DNA of 64,000 nt from an uncultured Methylomirabilota bacterium (GCA_963705305.1 OY970067.1:1152001-1216000), one strand, 5' to 3'; positions 38,990-48,720 are shown, counted from the first letter of the stretch. Made by a program: numbers and translations. The notes: a model not told the origin generated them from the sequence alone.

Positions 38990-40114
38990 TTACTCCATCA
39001 CTTCCACCACCCGGTCGTGGAGCGCGGGTCGAAACTGCTTGATGGCCTCGTTGGCTCGGGTGGGGTGGACCCGGTTCGTGAGAAGCGCCACGATCATCTC
39101 GCGGTCCGGATCGATCCACACGGAGGTGCCAGTGAAGCCCAGGTGCCCGACGGTCCGGGGGCCGAACCGGCTGCCTGTCTGCGAGCCGCGCGGGGACGGT
39201 GTGTCGAAGCCCAGGGTGTGCGTCGAGCCCGGCACCTTCGACCGCTGCCAGAACTGGCGGACCAGGTCCGACTCGAAGAAACCGCCGCTCTCGAGAAACG
39301 AGCCGAGCCAGACCTCGGCCAGGGCCGCCACGTCCTGGATGGTCCCGAACAGGCCGGCGTGCCCGCTCACCCCGCCCATGGCGTAGGCGTTGTCATCATG
39401 CACCTCGCCGACCAGGGTGCGCCCGCGCCAGGGGCAGCGCTCGGTCGCCGCGAACTCCCGCCCCTGCCGGGCGCGGGCGGCCCGGGCGGGCGATTTGAGG
39501 TCCACGAAGAACAGGCTCCCCAGCCCTAGCGGATCGGCCAGCCACGCTGAAAACAGCGCATCGACCGGCTGGCCGTTGACGCGCTCCAGGAGCCAGTCCA
39601 GCAGGATGAAGCCCAGGTCGCTGTAGACCGAGCGGCTGCCGGGCGGCGCCTCCGGCGCCTCCGCCGCCACCATCCGGCGGACGGCCTCCCGCCCCTCGAC
39701 GGTAGCCGGGCGGATGTCGCCGCGGGCCAGAGCCCCTGCTTCGTAGTAGGGCCGCCAGGCCGCCAGGCCGCTGCTGTGATCCAGGAGCATCCGCACCGTG
39801 ATGGCCTCCCGCCCCTGGCCGGTGTACCCCTCCAGCGCGCGGTGTACCGGCTCGTCGAGCGCCAGGCGGCCCCGCCGGATCGAAAGTAGGACCAGCGAGG
39901 CGGCGGCCAGCGGCTTGGTCAGGGAGGCCAGATCGAAGCAGGTGTGGGCATCCACCGGACCGCCGGCCGGCTCGAGCGATCGGCGCCCATGGAACGACAG
40001 GTGGACGGTCCGCCCCCGCGCCCGCACCAGCAGGGCCCCGCCGGAGAAGACCCCGTCGGCGACTGCCGCCTCCATCATCCGCAGCAGATTCGGATGGGAT
40101 TCAGGCTCGATCAT
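38990..40114 (-). CDS. Serine hydrolase, beta-lactamase/AmpC-like family
   Basis: FDLASLTK (SxxK), YSDLG, GEVHDDNA, GHLGFTGT. Confidence 0.9.
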   Translation of the reverse strand: MIEPESHPNLLRMMEAAVADGVFSGGALLVRARGRTVHLSFHGRRSLEPAGGPVDAHTCFDLASLTKPLAAASLVLLSIRRGRLALDEPVHRALEGYTGQGREAITVRMLLDHSSGLAAWRPYYEAGALARGDIRPATVEGREAVRRMVAAEAPEAPPGSRSVYSDLGFILLDWLLERVNGQPVDALFSAWLADPLGLGSLFFVDLKSPARAARARQGREFAATERCPWRGRTLVGEVHDDNAYAMGGVSGHAGLFGTIQDVAALAEVWLGSFLESGGFFESDLVRQFWQRSKVPGSTHTLGFDTPSPRGSQTGSRFGPRTVGHLGFTGTSVWIDPDREMIVALLTNRVHPTRANEAIKQFRPALHDRVVEVME

Positions 40115-41045
40115 GCGGCTCCCGCACGGCGGGCTCGAGCAGGGTCAGGGTCCCCGTCCCGGCGTCGAGGTGCACCCGCACCCCGACCGGGAGGGCCAGG
40201 TTGCGGCGGCCGTGGCCGAACGCCGCGCCGGAGACGGCGGGAAGCCCGAGCGCAGAGACCGCCCGCTCCAGCACGCGCCGGGCGGAGTGCCTGCCGGCGC
40301 CCGCAGGCTTGCAGTCGACCAGCTCGCCCAGGACGACCCCGCGGGCCTGTCGCAGCAGCCCGGCCGAGGCGAGCTGCCAGAGCAGGCGGTCCAGCCGGTA
40401 GGCCTCCTCCCCGACGTCCTCCAGGCATACCACAGCACCGCGAAGGTCCGGGGCGAAGCGCGTCCCTGCCAGGCTGGCCAGGATGGAGAGGTTGCCGGCC
40501 ACCAGCCTCCCCTCGGCCGTCCCCGGGACCAGCGTGCGCGTCCGGCCAATCGGCACGCGCTCCGGCGCTCTCCCCTCAAAGAGCAGGGCCCTGAGCCAGG
40601 AGAGATCGGTGGCCGGGAGCCGAGGGAGCTGAGTCACGACCGGGCCATGGATCGTCACGAAACCGCCGGGTCGGGTCAGCTGCAGGAGCAGGGCGGTGAC
40701 GTCCGAAAAGCCCACCAGCAGCTTGGGGTGTCCCCGCAGCCGCGAGAGGTCGAGCGACGGCAGCAGACGGGCCGTCCCGTAACCGCCCCGGATGCACCAG
40801 ACCGCGCGAGTGCCCTCCTCCTGCAGGGCCCGCGTCAACGCTTCCGCGCGGCGGCGATCACTCCCGGCCAGGAAGCCGTCGCGCGCGAACTCGTCGCGCC
40901 TCACCAACGGGATCAGGCCGAGGCCTTCGAGCACCTTCCTCCCGGCCCTGAGCAGCGCCCGATCGAACGGCCCGGCCGGCGCGATCAGCCGAACGCGGTC
41001 TCCCGTCCTCAGGGGTTCCGGCTTCAAGAGTCTGGACCGTCCCAT
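40101..41045 (-). CDS. ldcA: LD-carboxypeptidase (peptidase S66)
   Basis: RGGYG, GFSDVTA, HGP, LEDVGE..YRLDR, FGHG. Confidence 0.9.
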   Translation of the reverse strand: MGRSRLLKPEPLRTGDRVRLIAPAGPFDRALLRAGRKVLEGLGLIPLVRRDEFARDGFLAGSDRRRAEALTRALQEEGTRAVWCIRGGYGTARLLPSLDLSRLRGHPKLLVGFSDVTALLLQLTRPGGFVTIHGPVVTQLPRLPATDLSWLRALLFEGRAPERVPIGRTRTLVPGTAEGRLVAGNLSILASLAGTRFAPDLRGAVVCLEDVGEEAYRLDRLLWQLASAGLLRQARGVVLGELVDCKPAGAGRHSARRVLERAVSALGLPAVSGAAFGHGRRNLALPVGVRVHLDAGTGTLTLLEPAVREPHDRA

Positions 41046-41403
41046 GCAGCGCCCCCGCCCGGGTGTCCCACGACGGCGCACCGACCCGGGCCCGCTGAAG
41101 TACTGAAGTGAACCGCGGGCGCGGCCCGCCTGTCAAGCGGAAATCGCCGGCCGCCCGCGAGGGGGCGGGCGTCCCACGACCCTCGGCACCGATCGGAGAC
41201 ACCGCGGCCGGCCCCTTGATGTTCGGGACGCGGCCGTAGAGACTCGGAGGGGGACCCACAGGAACGCCCCGACGATTCGGGCCGGCGGGGCATGGAGTGC
41301 GGGTGAGTGTGTCCCCGGGCCGGCCGGGGTCTGCTCGAGGATCCGGGGCGGCGGCCGGAGGCAATGAGCCGGGTCCCGCCGCGTCTGACCGGCGGTCGAG
41401 GCG

Positions 41404-41823
41404 TCAGCGCAGCTCGCTCTCGTCCTTGAACGTATCCCAGCTCGAGACTTTGACGTCGCCCAGGTCCGCGATGGCCACGACGGTGAAGGTGAGGGCGAGG
41501 CAGCCCTCCTCCAGGTGGCCGCCGAAGCCGTTGCGCTCGTCGGAGAAATCGATGTGGGCGTGGACGCGGCCGTCGATGATCATGCCGCCCACCGCCACGA
41601 TATCCAGGGGCTGGATACTCTTCGGGTAGCTCTCCGCGGGCGGCAGCTCGTTGCTCATCACCACGTGGAAATGGGAGTGCCGGACCGATCCGAATCCCGT
41701 CAGGATCACGGCATTCTTGATGGCGTGCTCCTTGACCGCCTGCCGGAGGCCCAGCAGGATGTCGTCCCCCGGATTGATCCGGACGACGACGACGCGCTTG
41801 ATGTCGGTGACGCGAGAGAGCAT
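41404..41823 (-). CDS. PPC/DUF296 domain protein
   Basis: RINPGDDIL, GFGSV, VHAHI, GGHLEEGC. Confidence 0.88.
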   Translation of the reverse strand: MLSRVTDIKRVVVVRINPGDDILLGLRQAVKEHAIKNAVILTGFGSVRHSHFHVVMSNELPPAESYPKSIQPLDIVAVGGMIIDGRVHAHIDFSDERNGFGGHLEEGCLALTFTVVAIADLGDVKVSSWDTFKDESELR

Positions 41824-42678
41824 CGGGAGACTCCCTTCTCGAAGACGGAATGGCCCGCAGCATGAGGGCCGCGGGCTGCTCGGGCCGGAATCAATCACAC
41901 AGGTAGACAGACTGAAAAGCCCCGCGGCAGACCCCGTGCCGGGCCGGCGCCCGCCGCGACGCATCGGCGGGTGGAACTATAGTCAGTTGCCGCCTCTCGG
42001 TCAAGCTCTTCGCGGCCACGCTTTTCGCCGCTACGCACTCCGGCCCCGGAGCGCCGAGAACAACCCTGAGAGGCACCTGAGGGGGCGCAGCACTATCTGC
42101 CGAATCTCCTGAGCGGCACCCCTGCGGCATCTCCGCCTTATCGGATGCGTTCGGCCTTCAGAAGAAAGAGTCTCCTTGGTATCGCAGGAAAAACCGGGTC
42201 GCCTGTCCGGGCGTATGGAGCCCGCCGGGCCGCTGCAGTTGTGCGGTTTCCCTTAGTCGACGTAGCCAACAACGTCCCGCCTAGCGCAATAGCTGTAATG
42301 ACGATAGGATATCCAATCGTTGATGCGACGAAACCATGGTCAACAGCTATGTATCGTGACGCAACCGCACACCCTCGGCTGATCCACTACCCATCGCCGG
42401 GGGTGAGCTCTTGGCGCCCGAACCTATTTCGCTGATCGCCCCGGCCGCTATTGGTCTCGCTGAGGTGCAGGGGCGCCAAGGTCGTTTCTGGCGACTGCCC
42501 TATGCCTGCATGCGCCGCAAAGGGGACCGAGGGCTGTCTTTCCGGAAACGGCGCTGGCGGCACCTGCCGGCAACGAGCCGTCTGTGCCTCCATGTACCGA
42601 GCGACCAAACGGGTTGATCGAGCATGTCCTGCGGCCGCCGTGTTTATCAGGAGTTGCCTCGCCGCTTCGTGTCGCGTC

Positions 42679-42714
42679 TTGCAACGATACGGATATCAAT
42701 GCTATCCTATCGTT
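42679..42714 (+). promoter_or_regulatory. Putative leaderless promoter overlapped by a palindrome
   Basis: TTGCAA-18-TATCCT with TG extension, ATG 6 nt downstream, no RBS; palindrome AACGATACGGATA..TATCCTATCGTT. Confidence 0.55.
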
Positions 42715-43239
42715 ATGCAGGCCAAGGCGAAGCAGCAACTGGCGATCCACAAGGCGCAGGCGCAGGCGCTATGTTGGCTGCTGCAGCAGCCGGCCGGTTC
42801 GGGCGGGGAGGTCCTGGCGGGGCTCACACGGACGCTGGCCTTCAGCAGACCGCTCCACGGGACGGAATGGTCTGCGCTGCCGCACGCGAACCGGGACCGG
42901 GAGGCGCGGGCCTTTCACCGGCGGGTGCTGCGGCTCTTCAACAAGGGCATCCCGATTCGCTGCTTGGTCGTGGCGAGGGTGTCGCCCACCCCACGAGGGC
43001 TGACGGTTGAGCGGTTCCGGGACGCGAGGGCGCGGGACCAGGGCCTGCTGCAACTGCTGGAGGCCCGGGGCGATCGCCTGCGTCGGTGTCGGCTCTGCGG
43101 GGCATGGTTCTGGCGCGAGCGCAGGCGAGAGTATTGCGAGCCCTGCTTCCATTCGGGCACGGCACGCAGCAAGGTCCACCGGGCGAAGGCGAGGGCGGCG
43201 CAGGCGGAGGGCGAGATCCCGGCGGCTGCGCCGCGGTAG
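42715..43239 (+). CDS. Protein with a C-terminal CGNR-like zinc finger
   Basis: RLRRCRLCGAWF...RREYCEPC followed by a basic helix. Confidence 0.65.
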   Translation: MQAKAKQQLAIHKAQAQALCWLLQQPAGSGGEVLAGLTRTLAFSRPLHGTEWSALPHANRDREARAFHRRVLRLFNKGIPIRCLVVARVSPTPRGLTVERFRDARARDQGLLQLLEARGDRLRRCRLCGAWFWRERRREYCEPCFHSGTARSKVHRAKARAAQAEGEIPAAAPR

Positions 43240-43375
43240 AGCGCGCCGGAGCGGAGGCGGAGCATGGAGAGCCGGGCGGACACCGGGCCCCTCGACTTCG
43301 CTCGGCGCCATTTCGCCGCGGCTCAAGGCGGGCTTACTCTTCCCACCGCGTGCTGCAGTGAAGCGACGCCTCCGC

Positions 43376-44020
43376 TCAGGCCGCATCGGTGACGGCGGTG
43401 GCTTGGGCGAGAGCGGCTTCGAGCTGCAGGCGCCAGTGCTCGATTCCGCCGGCGTCGAGATCGGCGGGCACCCGCAGCGGCTCGCCCGCATGCAGCAGCG
43501 CGGACGTGAATGGCCACGGGAGCTGAAAGCGGTCCCAGCTGTGGAGCGTCCAAAAGCGGCGGTAGGTCACGCTAAGGGGAACAAGAGGCAGGCCGCTGCG
43601 CGAGGCGAGGAACACCGCGCCCGGCTTGCACACCTTCGCCGGCCCGCGGGGGCCGTCCGGCGTAATCCCAACATCGCGCCCATCCCCCACCGCGTCCAGC
43701 AACCCGCGGACCGCCTCGGCTCCTCCCCGTCGACTGGAGCCCCGGACCGGCGCAAACCCGAGTCCCAGCAGCAGGCGCGCGATGATCTCGCCGTCACGCG
43801 ATTGACTCACGAGGACACGGCCGCCGCGCCAGCGATGCGTGTACACGAAACACAGCAGCCGCTGATGCCAGAAGACGAAGATCGTGCCCTGTCGGGCAGC
43901 CGGAGAGGCAGCGGCAGGGTCGCCGCCCGACCACCGCAGGCGAACGGTGGCGAACCAGAGGCAGAGGAGGGCGCTCCCCACATGCTGGATCAGCCATAGC
44001 AGGATGTCCTTCGGAAACAT
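43376..44020 (-). CDS. Lysophospholipid acyltransferase family protein (DUF374)
   Basis: FWHQR, SQSRDGE, RGSSRRGG, TPDGPRGP, SWDRF. Confidence 0.92.
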   Translation of the reverse strand: MFPKDILLWLIQHVGSALLCLWFATVRLRWSGGDPAAASPAARQGTIFVFWHQRLLCFVYTHRWRGGRVLVSQSRDGEIIARLLLGLGFAPVRGSSRRGGAEAVRGLLDAVGDGRDVGITPDGPRGPAKVCKPGAVFLASRSGLPLVPLSVTYRRFWTLHSWDRFQLPWPFTSALLHAGEPLRVPADLDAGGIEHWRLQLEAALAQATAVTDAA

Positions 44021-44112
44021 GGGGGCCTCCCTGTCCTGCAGTGCACCGAGGGGCCACGATGTCGTGACACGCCGCGCCGCCGAGCCGGCGCGCGCCCTGC
44101 TGCCAGCGGAGC

Positions 44113-44400
44113 TCAGAACCGCTGGTCCTGCAGGCGAGCGTCCCGGGCGACCGTACGCCGCGCCTGCTTGCGCCGCCGGCGCGCCGCCTCGCGTACCTTG
44201 CGCCGCCGGCGCGCCCCCGGCTTCTCATAGTGCGCATGGCGCTTGAGCGCCTGCAGGATTCCGTCCTTCAGGACCAACCGCTTGAAGAGCCGGATCGCCG
44301 CCTCGACGCCGCGCGGACCGACGATCACCTCCACCGGGCCATAGCGCGGCCTCGCCGGAACCTCATCCGCTCGTTCCCCTCGTCCGCTGTCATTGCTCAC
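44113..44400 (-). CDS. rpsU: 30S ribosomal protein bS21 (N-terminally extended)
   Basis: VEAAIRLFKRLVLKDGILQALKRHAHYEKPG..RRRK; GAGGAGG RBS before GTG. Confidence 0.85.
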   Translation of the reverse strand: MSNDSGRGERADEVPARPRYGPVEVIVGPRGVEAAIRLFKRLVLKDGILQALKRHAHYEKPGARRRRKVREAARRRRKQARRTVARDARLQDQRF

Positions 44401-44819
44401 GGCTCCTCCTCGGGTGAGTCTCGGAACACAAGAGACGCCGCGAGCTGAGACCCCCCGCGTCTGGGTTGCACGCATGGCGGCGCGGCGCGTTCTGCTTGCC
44501 CTTTTATATCACTATGTATTATATAAATCATATAATTTCTTTCGCGAGTACCGCCGTGGACCCTTGGGGGAATGGGCTGCGGCTGGGAGAGCGCCGCGTG
44601 CTCGCCAGTGTCACAGGCAAGGCGCAGGCGCCGCCGGGCCGCCTCCCCGCCGGGAGGCCGGCGAGAACACCCATCGCGCAATGCAGATCGTGTCGGTCAA
44701 GGCGCTGATCGATACGCTGCTCGTCAAATGCCGGGCGGCATGAAAATGGCTGGGCCCCCGCCGTCCAGCTATTGGCGATGGGGCCGGTGCCCCCGCGCGA
44801 GTGCGGGGGGCATGCCCGA

Positions 44820-45038
44820 CTACGGTTTCTGGCGCAGTGGGGGCGAGTCGAATTGCGGCGGCAATGGCTGCGGGCCCGGGACGATCCCTGCAATGTCGGG
44901 GTCTTCGTCGGTCCGCGGGGCGGTGTTCGCCCGGCGCTCCTTCGTTTCAAGCCGACGAGCGTCCTTCTCCTTCCGTCGATCCTGTCGGGCCTTTTCCTTT
45001 GCCCGCTTCTGAAAACTCGGCCGCGAATTCTTGCCCAT
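44820..45038 (-). CDS. Small basic hypothetical protein
   Basis: MGKNSRPSFQKRAKEKARQDRRKEK...EDPDIAGIVPGPQP; GGAG RBS. Confidence 0.75.
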   Translation of the reverse strand: MGKNSRPSFQKRAKEKARQDRRKEKDARRLETKERRANTAPRTDEDPDIAGIVPGPQPLPPQFDSPPLRQKP

Positions 45039-45126
45039 TATTCCGACTCCTGGAGTTGACTTCTCGGGCCATTCCCCGGGGCGGGGCAGCCTGCTTCCCC
45101 ATGGTCCCATACCCGAGGCGCGCGCG

Positions 45127-45681
45127 TCATTCCTCTTCTTGGGTGTCTCTTGCCGCACGTGACCAGAAAGGGGTGTCATCTCCTCCCGGATCGTCCTGGG
45201 AGTCGTCCACGCCTCCCGCGAAGAATTGGCCCCCGCTGCGTTCGCGAATGGGTCCCTTCGGCCCCCGCTCTCCCTTCGAGCTGCCCCCCTTGGACTGGCG
45301 CCTGCCGCGCGCCGGCGCATCTGGGCCAAAGGTCCGCGTCGGCTGGTTCGGCCGCAGGGCGCCTTCCGGCGAACCCGGCGGCCCCGACCGCCCCCCCTGG
45401 GCAAACGCGCCCGACCTGGGGACGCCCCTCTCTTCTCGGGGGCGCGCCTCGTTGACCACGAGGGGCCTGCCCTTGAACACCTGCTGGTGGAAGCGGCGGA
45501 TGGATTCCTCCGCCTGCGCGGCATCGCTCCACTCGACGAACGCGAACCCTCGGGGTTGGCCGGTCGCCCGGTCGGTGGGAATCCGCACGGACAGCGGCGG
45601 TCCGACTGCGGAGAAGGCCTCTCGCAACTCGGCTTCTGTCACATCATACGCCAGGTTTCCCACAAAGAGTCGTACTGACAT
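45127..45681 (-). CDS. RRM RNA-binding protein with a disordered tail
   Basis: LFVGNL (RNP2), PRGFAFVE (RNP1), LVVNEARPR. Confidence 0.93.
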   Translation of the reverse strand: MSVRLFVGNLAYDVTEAELREAFSAVGPPLSVRIPTDRATGQPRGFAFVEWSDAAQAEESIRRFHQQVFKGRPLVVNEARPREERGVPRSGAFAQGGRSGPPGSPEGALRPNQPTRTFGPDAPARGRRQSKGGSSKGERGPKGPIRERSGGQFFAGGVDDSQDDPGGDDTPFWSRAARDTQEEE

Positions 45682-45838
45682 TGTCCCTCTCAGGTTGCCT
45701 CTTGCGCGCCTGCGGGCGCTCCGTGCCCGACCTTGCCGGGGTGCCCCTCTCGCCTCTCGACCCTACCAGGCGATCTCCGTGGCGTTCTTCACCGCCGGGG
45801 CCAGCCCCCGAACCTCCGGCTCCACCACGAGTCGCGCG

Positions 45839-46051
45839 TTAGCCCGCCTTTCCGCTGTCACAGAAAGCCTCCGCGGCGGCCTTCGCCTCCCGCTGGTTCC
45901 TCCAGGGGCCCCCGAGGACCGCACGATCGCCCCCCACATCCTTCTCCGCCGCGCGGGCCTTGGCCCACCACACGCCTTCGTCCCGGAGGGTCGTGATCGT
46001 GTACTGCTGATACGGATAGCTCATCCATTCCGCATCCATGGCCGTCCTCAT
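45839..46051 (-). CDS. Small hypothetical protein
   Basis: ..MSYPYQQYTITTLRDEGVWWAKAR..GGPWRNQREAKAAAEAFC; co-oriented between csp and RRM; start uncertain. Confidence 0.55.
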   Translation of the reverse strand: MRTAMDAEWMSYPYQQYTITTLRDEGVWWAKARAAEKDVGGDRAVLGGPWRNQREAKAAAEAFCDSGKAG

Positions 46052-46138
46052 GCTGTGCCCGCGGGGCGAGTGCACCGGCCGCTCGTGGAGCCCAACAGAC
46101 CAGGGCAATCCCCGTGAAACTCAGGACCCCATATCCGC

Positions 46139-46351
46139 CTAGCTGCTCGCGGGGACCAATTTCATGTTCGCGGCCCGCGGTCCCTTGGCTCCCTTCTCGA
46201 TATCGAACTCGACGGTTTGTCCCTCCGCCAGGGTATCAAACGCCTCCCCCTGCAGGGCGGATCGGTGAAAGAAGAGCTCCACGCCGTCTTGCCCCTGGAT
46301 GAACCCAAAGCCCCGCTCTCGGACCAGTTTCTTGACCGTGCCTGTTGCCAT
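46139..46351 (-). CDS. Cold-shock domain protein
   Basis: MATGTVKK..RGFGFI..LFFHRS..KGPRA. Confidence 0.95.
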   Translation of the reverse strand: MATGTVKKLVRERGFGFIQGQDGVELFFHRSALQGEAFDTLAEGQTVEFDIEKGAKGPRAANMKLVPASS

Positions 46352-46473
46352 GAGAAGCGCTCCTTTCCGGATCTCCATCCGGCCTATCGTTCCTAGTTCA
46401 GTGCTGGCTCACCGCGCTGCTCGCGGTGCCTTTCTCATACGGTCTGCCCCCTCCCACCGCAGGACCGCCCCTC

Positions 46474-46800
46474 TTAAACGCGAACCTTCTCACCCCGCCG
46501 CCGTGGGCGTCCACTCGGTCTGCGCAGGGTTCCGGCGGGGAGCGTCCTCCGCTCGCCGTCGGTTCCCCCTTTGCGGGTGAGGCTCCGGATGCGGCGGACC
46601 GCATTGGCCTGGGCCGCGATGTTTGCGAGCAGATTCCGATCGCCCCCCCGCTTCAGCCCCTCCTCGATGAGGGCCCGGAGCACGATCTGCAGGCTGACCA
46701 TGAGCTTGAGCGTCATGGTTGCCTTCCCCGCCAAGGCCCGCGCCCGGTCCAGGACGTCTTGGGGGAGAATAAGCAAGACCCTGGACTCTTTCTCGAACAT
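46474..46800 (-). CDS. Hypothetical protein, possibly ribbon-helix-helix DNA-binding
   Basis: SRVLLILPQDVLDRARALA...SLQIVLRALIEEGL fits a strand-helix-helix pattern. Confidence 0.6.
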   Translation of the reverse strand: MFEKESRVLLILPQDVLDRARALAGKATMTLKLMVSLQIVLRALIEEGLKRGGDRNLLANIAAQANAVRRIRSLTRKGGTDGERRTLPAGTLRRPSGRPRRRGEKVRV

Positions 46801-46876
46801 CGCGCGCCCCGCTGTCTACCGGCCGACCCGTTGCCCCCGGCCTGAGTGACCAGTACACACATCATACGAATTATAT

Positions 46877-46954
46877 AAGTTATATGGTTTCTCGCGCCAT
46901 GTCAAGCGGAAGCGTCCGGTTGTTCTTGACAAGGTGCGGCCCATCGCATACACT
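46877..46954. promoter_or_regulatory. Back-to-back divergent sigma70 promoters
   Basis: Minus: TTGACA(46905-46900)-17-TAACTT; plus: TTGACA(46926)-17-TACACT. Confidence 0.7.
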
Positions 46955-46999
46955 TGATTCCTCTGGGATAAGGTTCTGTTCAGCTGTCAGTGCTGATGC

Positions 47000-47040
47000 G
47001 CGCTGCGGGGACCCCACCCCCCGTGGCGCTTTTGTTTTTT
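47000..47040 (+). terminator. Terminator/attenuator inside the leader of the RRM gene
   Basis: GCGCTGCGGGG..CCCCGTGGCGC followed by TTTTGTTTTTT. Confidence 0.65.
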
Positions 47041-47285
47041 GTGGGCCCAGTGCAAGTGGACGCACCTCCATCGAGAGAGGACCGCGAAGCGCGCCCTCGG
47101 CCCTGGAGGTCGCGGTCGGCGAGGACGGCCGGGCCGGCTGGCGCAAGGAACAGCCCGAGTGAACACCTGGGGACCGACGGTGCAATCGGCTCGCGGTGAG
47201 GGCGGACCGCGAGTGATTGATGAGGGAGTCAACCGCTCGAAGAGGGACAGCGCCCCGCCGAAGCGGGGACGAAAGGGGTAGCCAG

Positions 47286-47612
47286 ATGGGAACGCGATTG
47301 TACGTGGGGAATCTGCCGTTTGACGTGGATGAGTCACAGATCCGCACGCTCTTCCAGGAGGGGGGGCGGGAGGTGGCCGAGGTGAAGATCGTGATGGACC
47401 GCGACACGGGGCGCCCCCGGGGGTTCGCCTTTGTCGAGATGACGAGCCAGGCGGATGCGCAGGCGGCCATCGCGGCGATGAATGGCCGCGAGGTGGGCGG
47501 CCGGGCGTTGACCGTCAATGAGGCTCGCGAGCAGGCGCCGCGGGGCGGAGGCTTCGGGGGAGGATACGGCGGAGGGCGCGGCGGTGGTGGTGGCGGCCGG
47601 CGGCGCTTCTAA
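47286..47612 (+). CDS. Glycine-rich RRM RNA-binding protein
   Basis: LYVGNL, PRGFAFVEM, LTVNEARE, Gly-rich tail. Confidence 0.95.
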   Translation: MGTRLYVGNLPFDVDESQIRTLFQEGGREVAEVKIVMDRDTGRPRGFAFVEMTSQADAQAAIAAMNGREVGGRALTVNEAREQAPRGGGFGGGYGGGRGGGGGGRRRF

Positions 47613-47929
47613 CCAGCGATGCATGGAGCTGCGGAAAGGCGTCCCGCTCATTTGTTCGACTGAACCCATTCGGTCCGGGGTGCTGCAGGCCGTCCTTGAG
47701 TAGATATCCGGCCTTCTCGGGCCTCTCGCGGGGCCCGAGAAGGCAGTGTCTTTCGCTGGCCTCTCTATGTCGGACCTCTCACCGCTGGCCGCCCTGAGGG
47801 CGCCATGCGTTCCCCTCCCCGATACCCCTGTCGCCTGCCCGCCGATCAAGGCGTCCCCCATCCGATCCTTCGGAGCTGTCCCTCTTGAAAAGCTGTCTCG
47901 AGCCGAACCTCACGCGGCACCCCATTCAT

Positions 47930-48039
47930 AGCGGTTAATCTGCCGACGGCAGACTCGCTCCATGTTTAACAGCCTTTAGAATAAGGTACTTATAACATTC
48001 AAAAGGGCCGGTGGCGGTTTCAGTGGCGGCTCATTTTTC
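47930..48039. repeat. att-like 110-bp repeat, copy 1
   Basis: Ungapped alignment to 58284-58393 with 19 mismatches in 110 (hand count). Confidence 0.85.
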
Positions 48040-48501
48040 CCCTGAATGGGCCATTTCGGTTTATCGAGAATCACGCGCAGCAGTATCAGGCAGATCATGC
48101 CGAGCTCGTCCGCCAGCGGGCCGTGGAGCTAGTCCACGTGGCTGGGGTGGCCAAAGCGCTCTCGTACCTCTACGCGGCGATGACGCTTCACCTGGCGATT
48201 CGAACTGGGGACCCCCTCTCGGAGCTGGGCGTTCGTCTCGCCGATCGCACCGCGGAACTCGCGATCGACATCCCGAGTACGCACGACATCTGCGGCCACG
48301 GGGATGCCGTGCAGTGTATTCGGGTGATCGGCACCTTGGCCGCGCAGTATCGCAATCGATCCCTCGGATGGTGACACATCGAGCATCAGGCCGGGCGCGT
48401 GGGGAGTGCGAGTCGACGTGTGGCTCCGGCAGGTGCCGGGTGGCAGGCGGGCAGGGTCCCCCCTGAGGCGCCGTGCGATGCAAAAAGGAAGGGGAGAGGT
48501 C

Positions 48502-48720
48502 GTGCGCATCGACGAAATCCTACAGAAAACGCGAGCGGGCGAGGCGCTGGCCGGCGAGGACCTCATCGACCTGCCGAACCTCCCACCAGAGTCGCCCGGC
48601 ACGTACCTGGTCCTGGCAGAGGCAAATCGGAAGTCGAAAGCGCCTGCAGGCGGACAGGCCGAAGTCCATGCGCAATTGGCGGTCAATCTCGCCCCGTGTC
48701 CTGGCGACTGCCTCTACGGC
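48502..48720 (+). pseudogene. 5' fragment of a radical SAM (BioB-like) gene
   Basis: RIDEILQK...AEANRKSK...AEVHAQLAVNLAPCPGDCLY breaks inside the CxxxCxxC motif. Confidence 0.6.
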
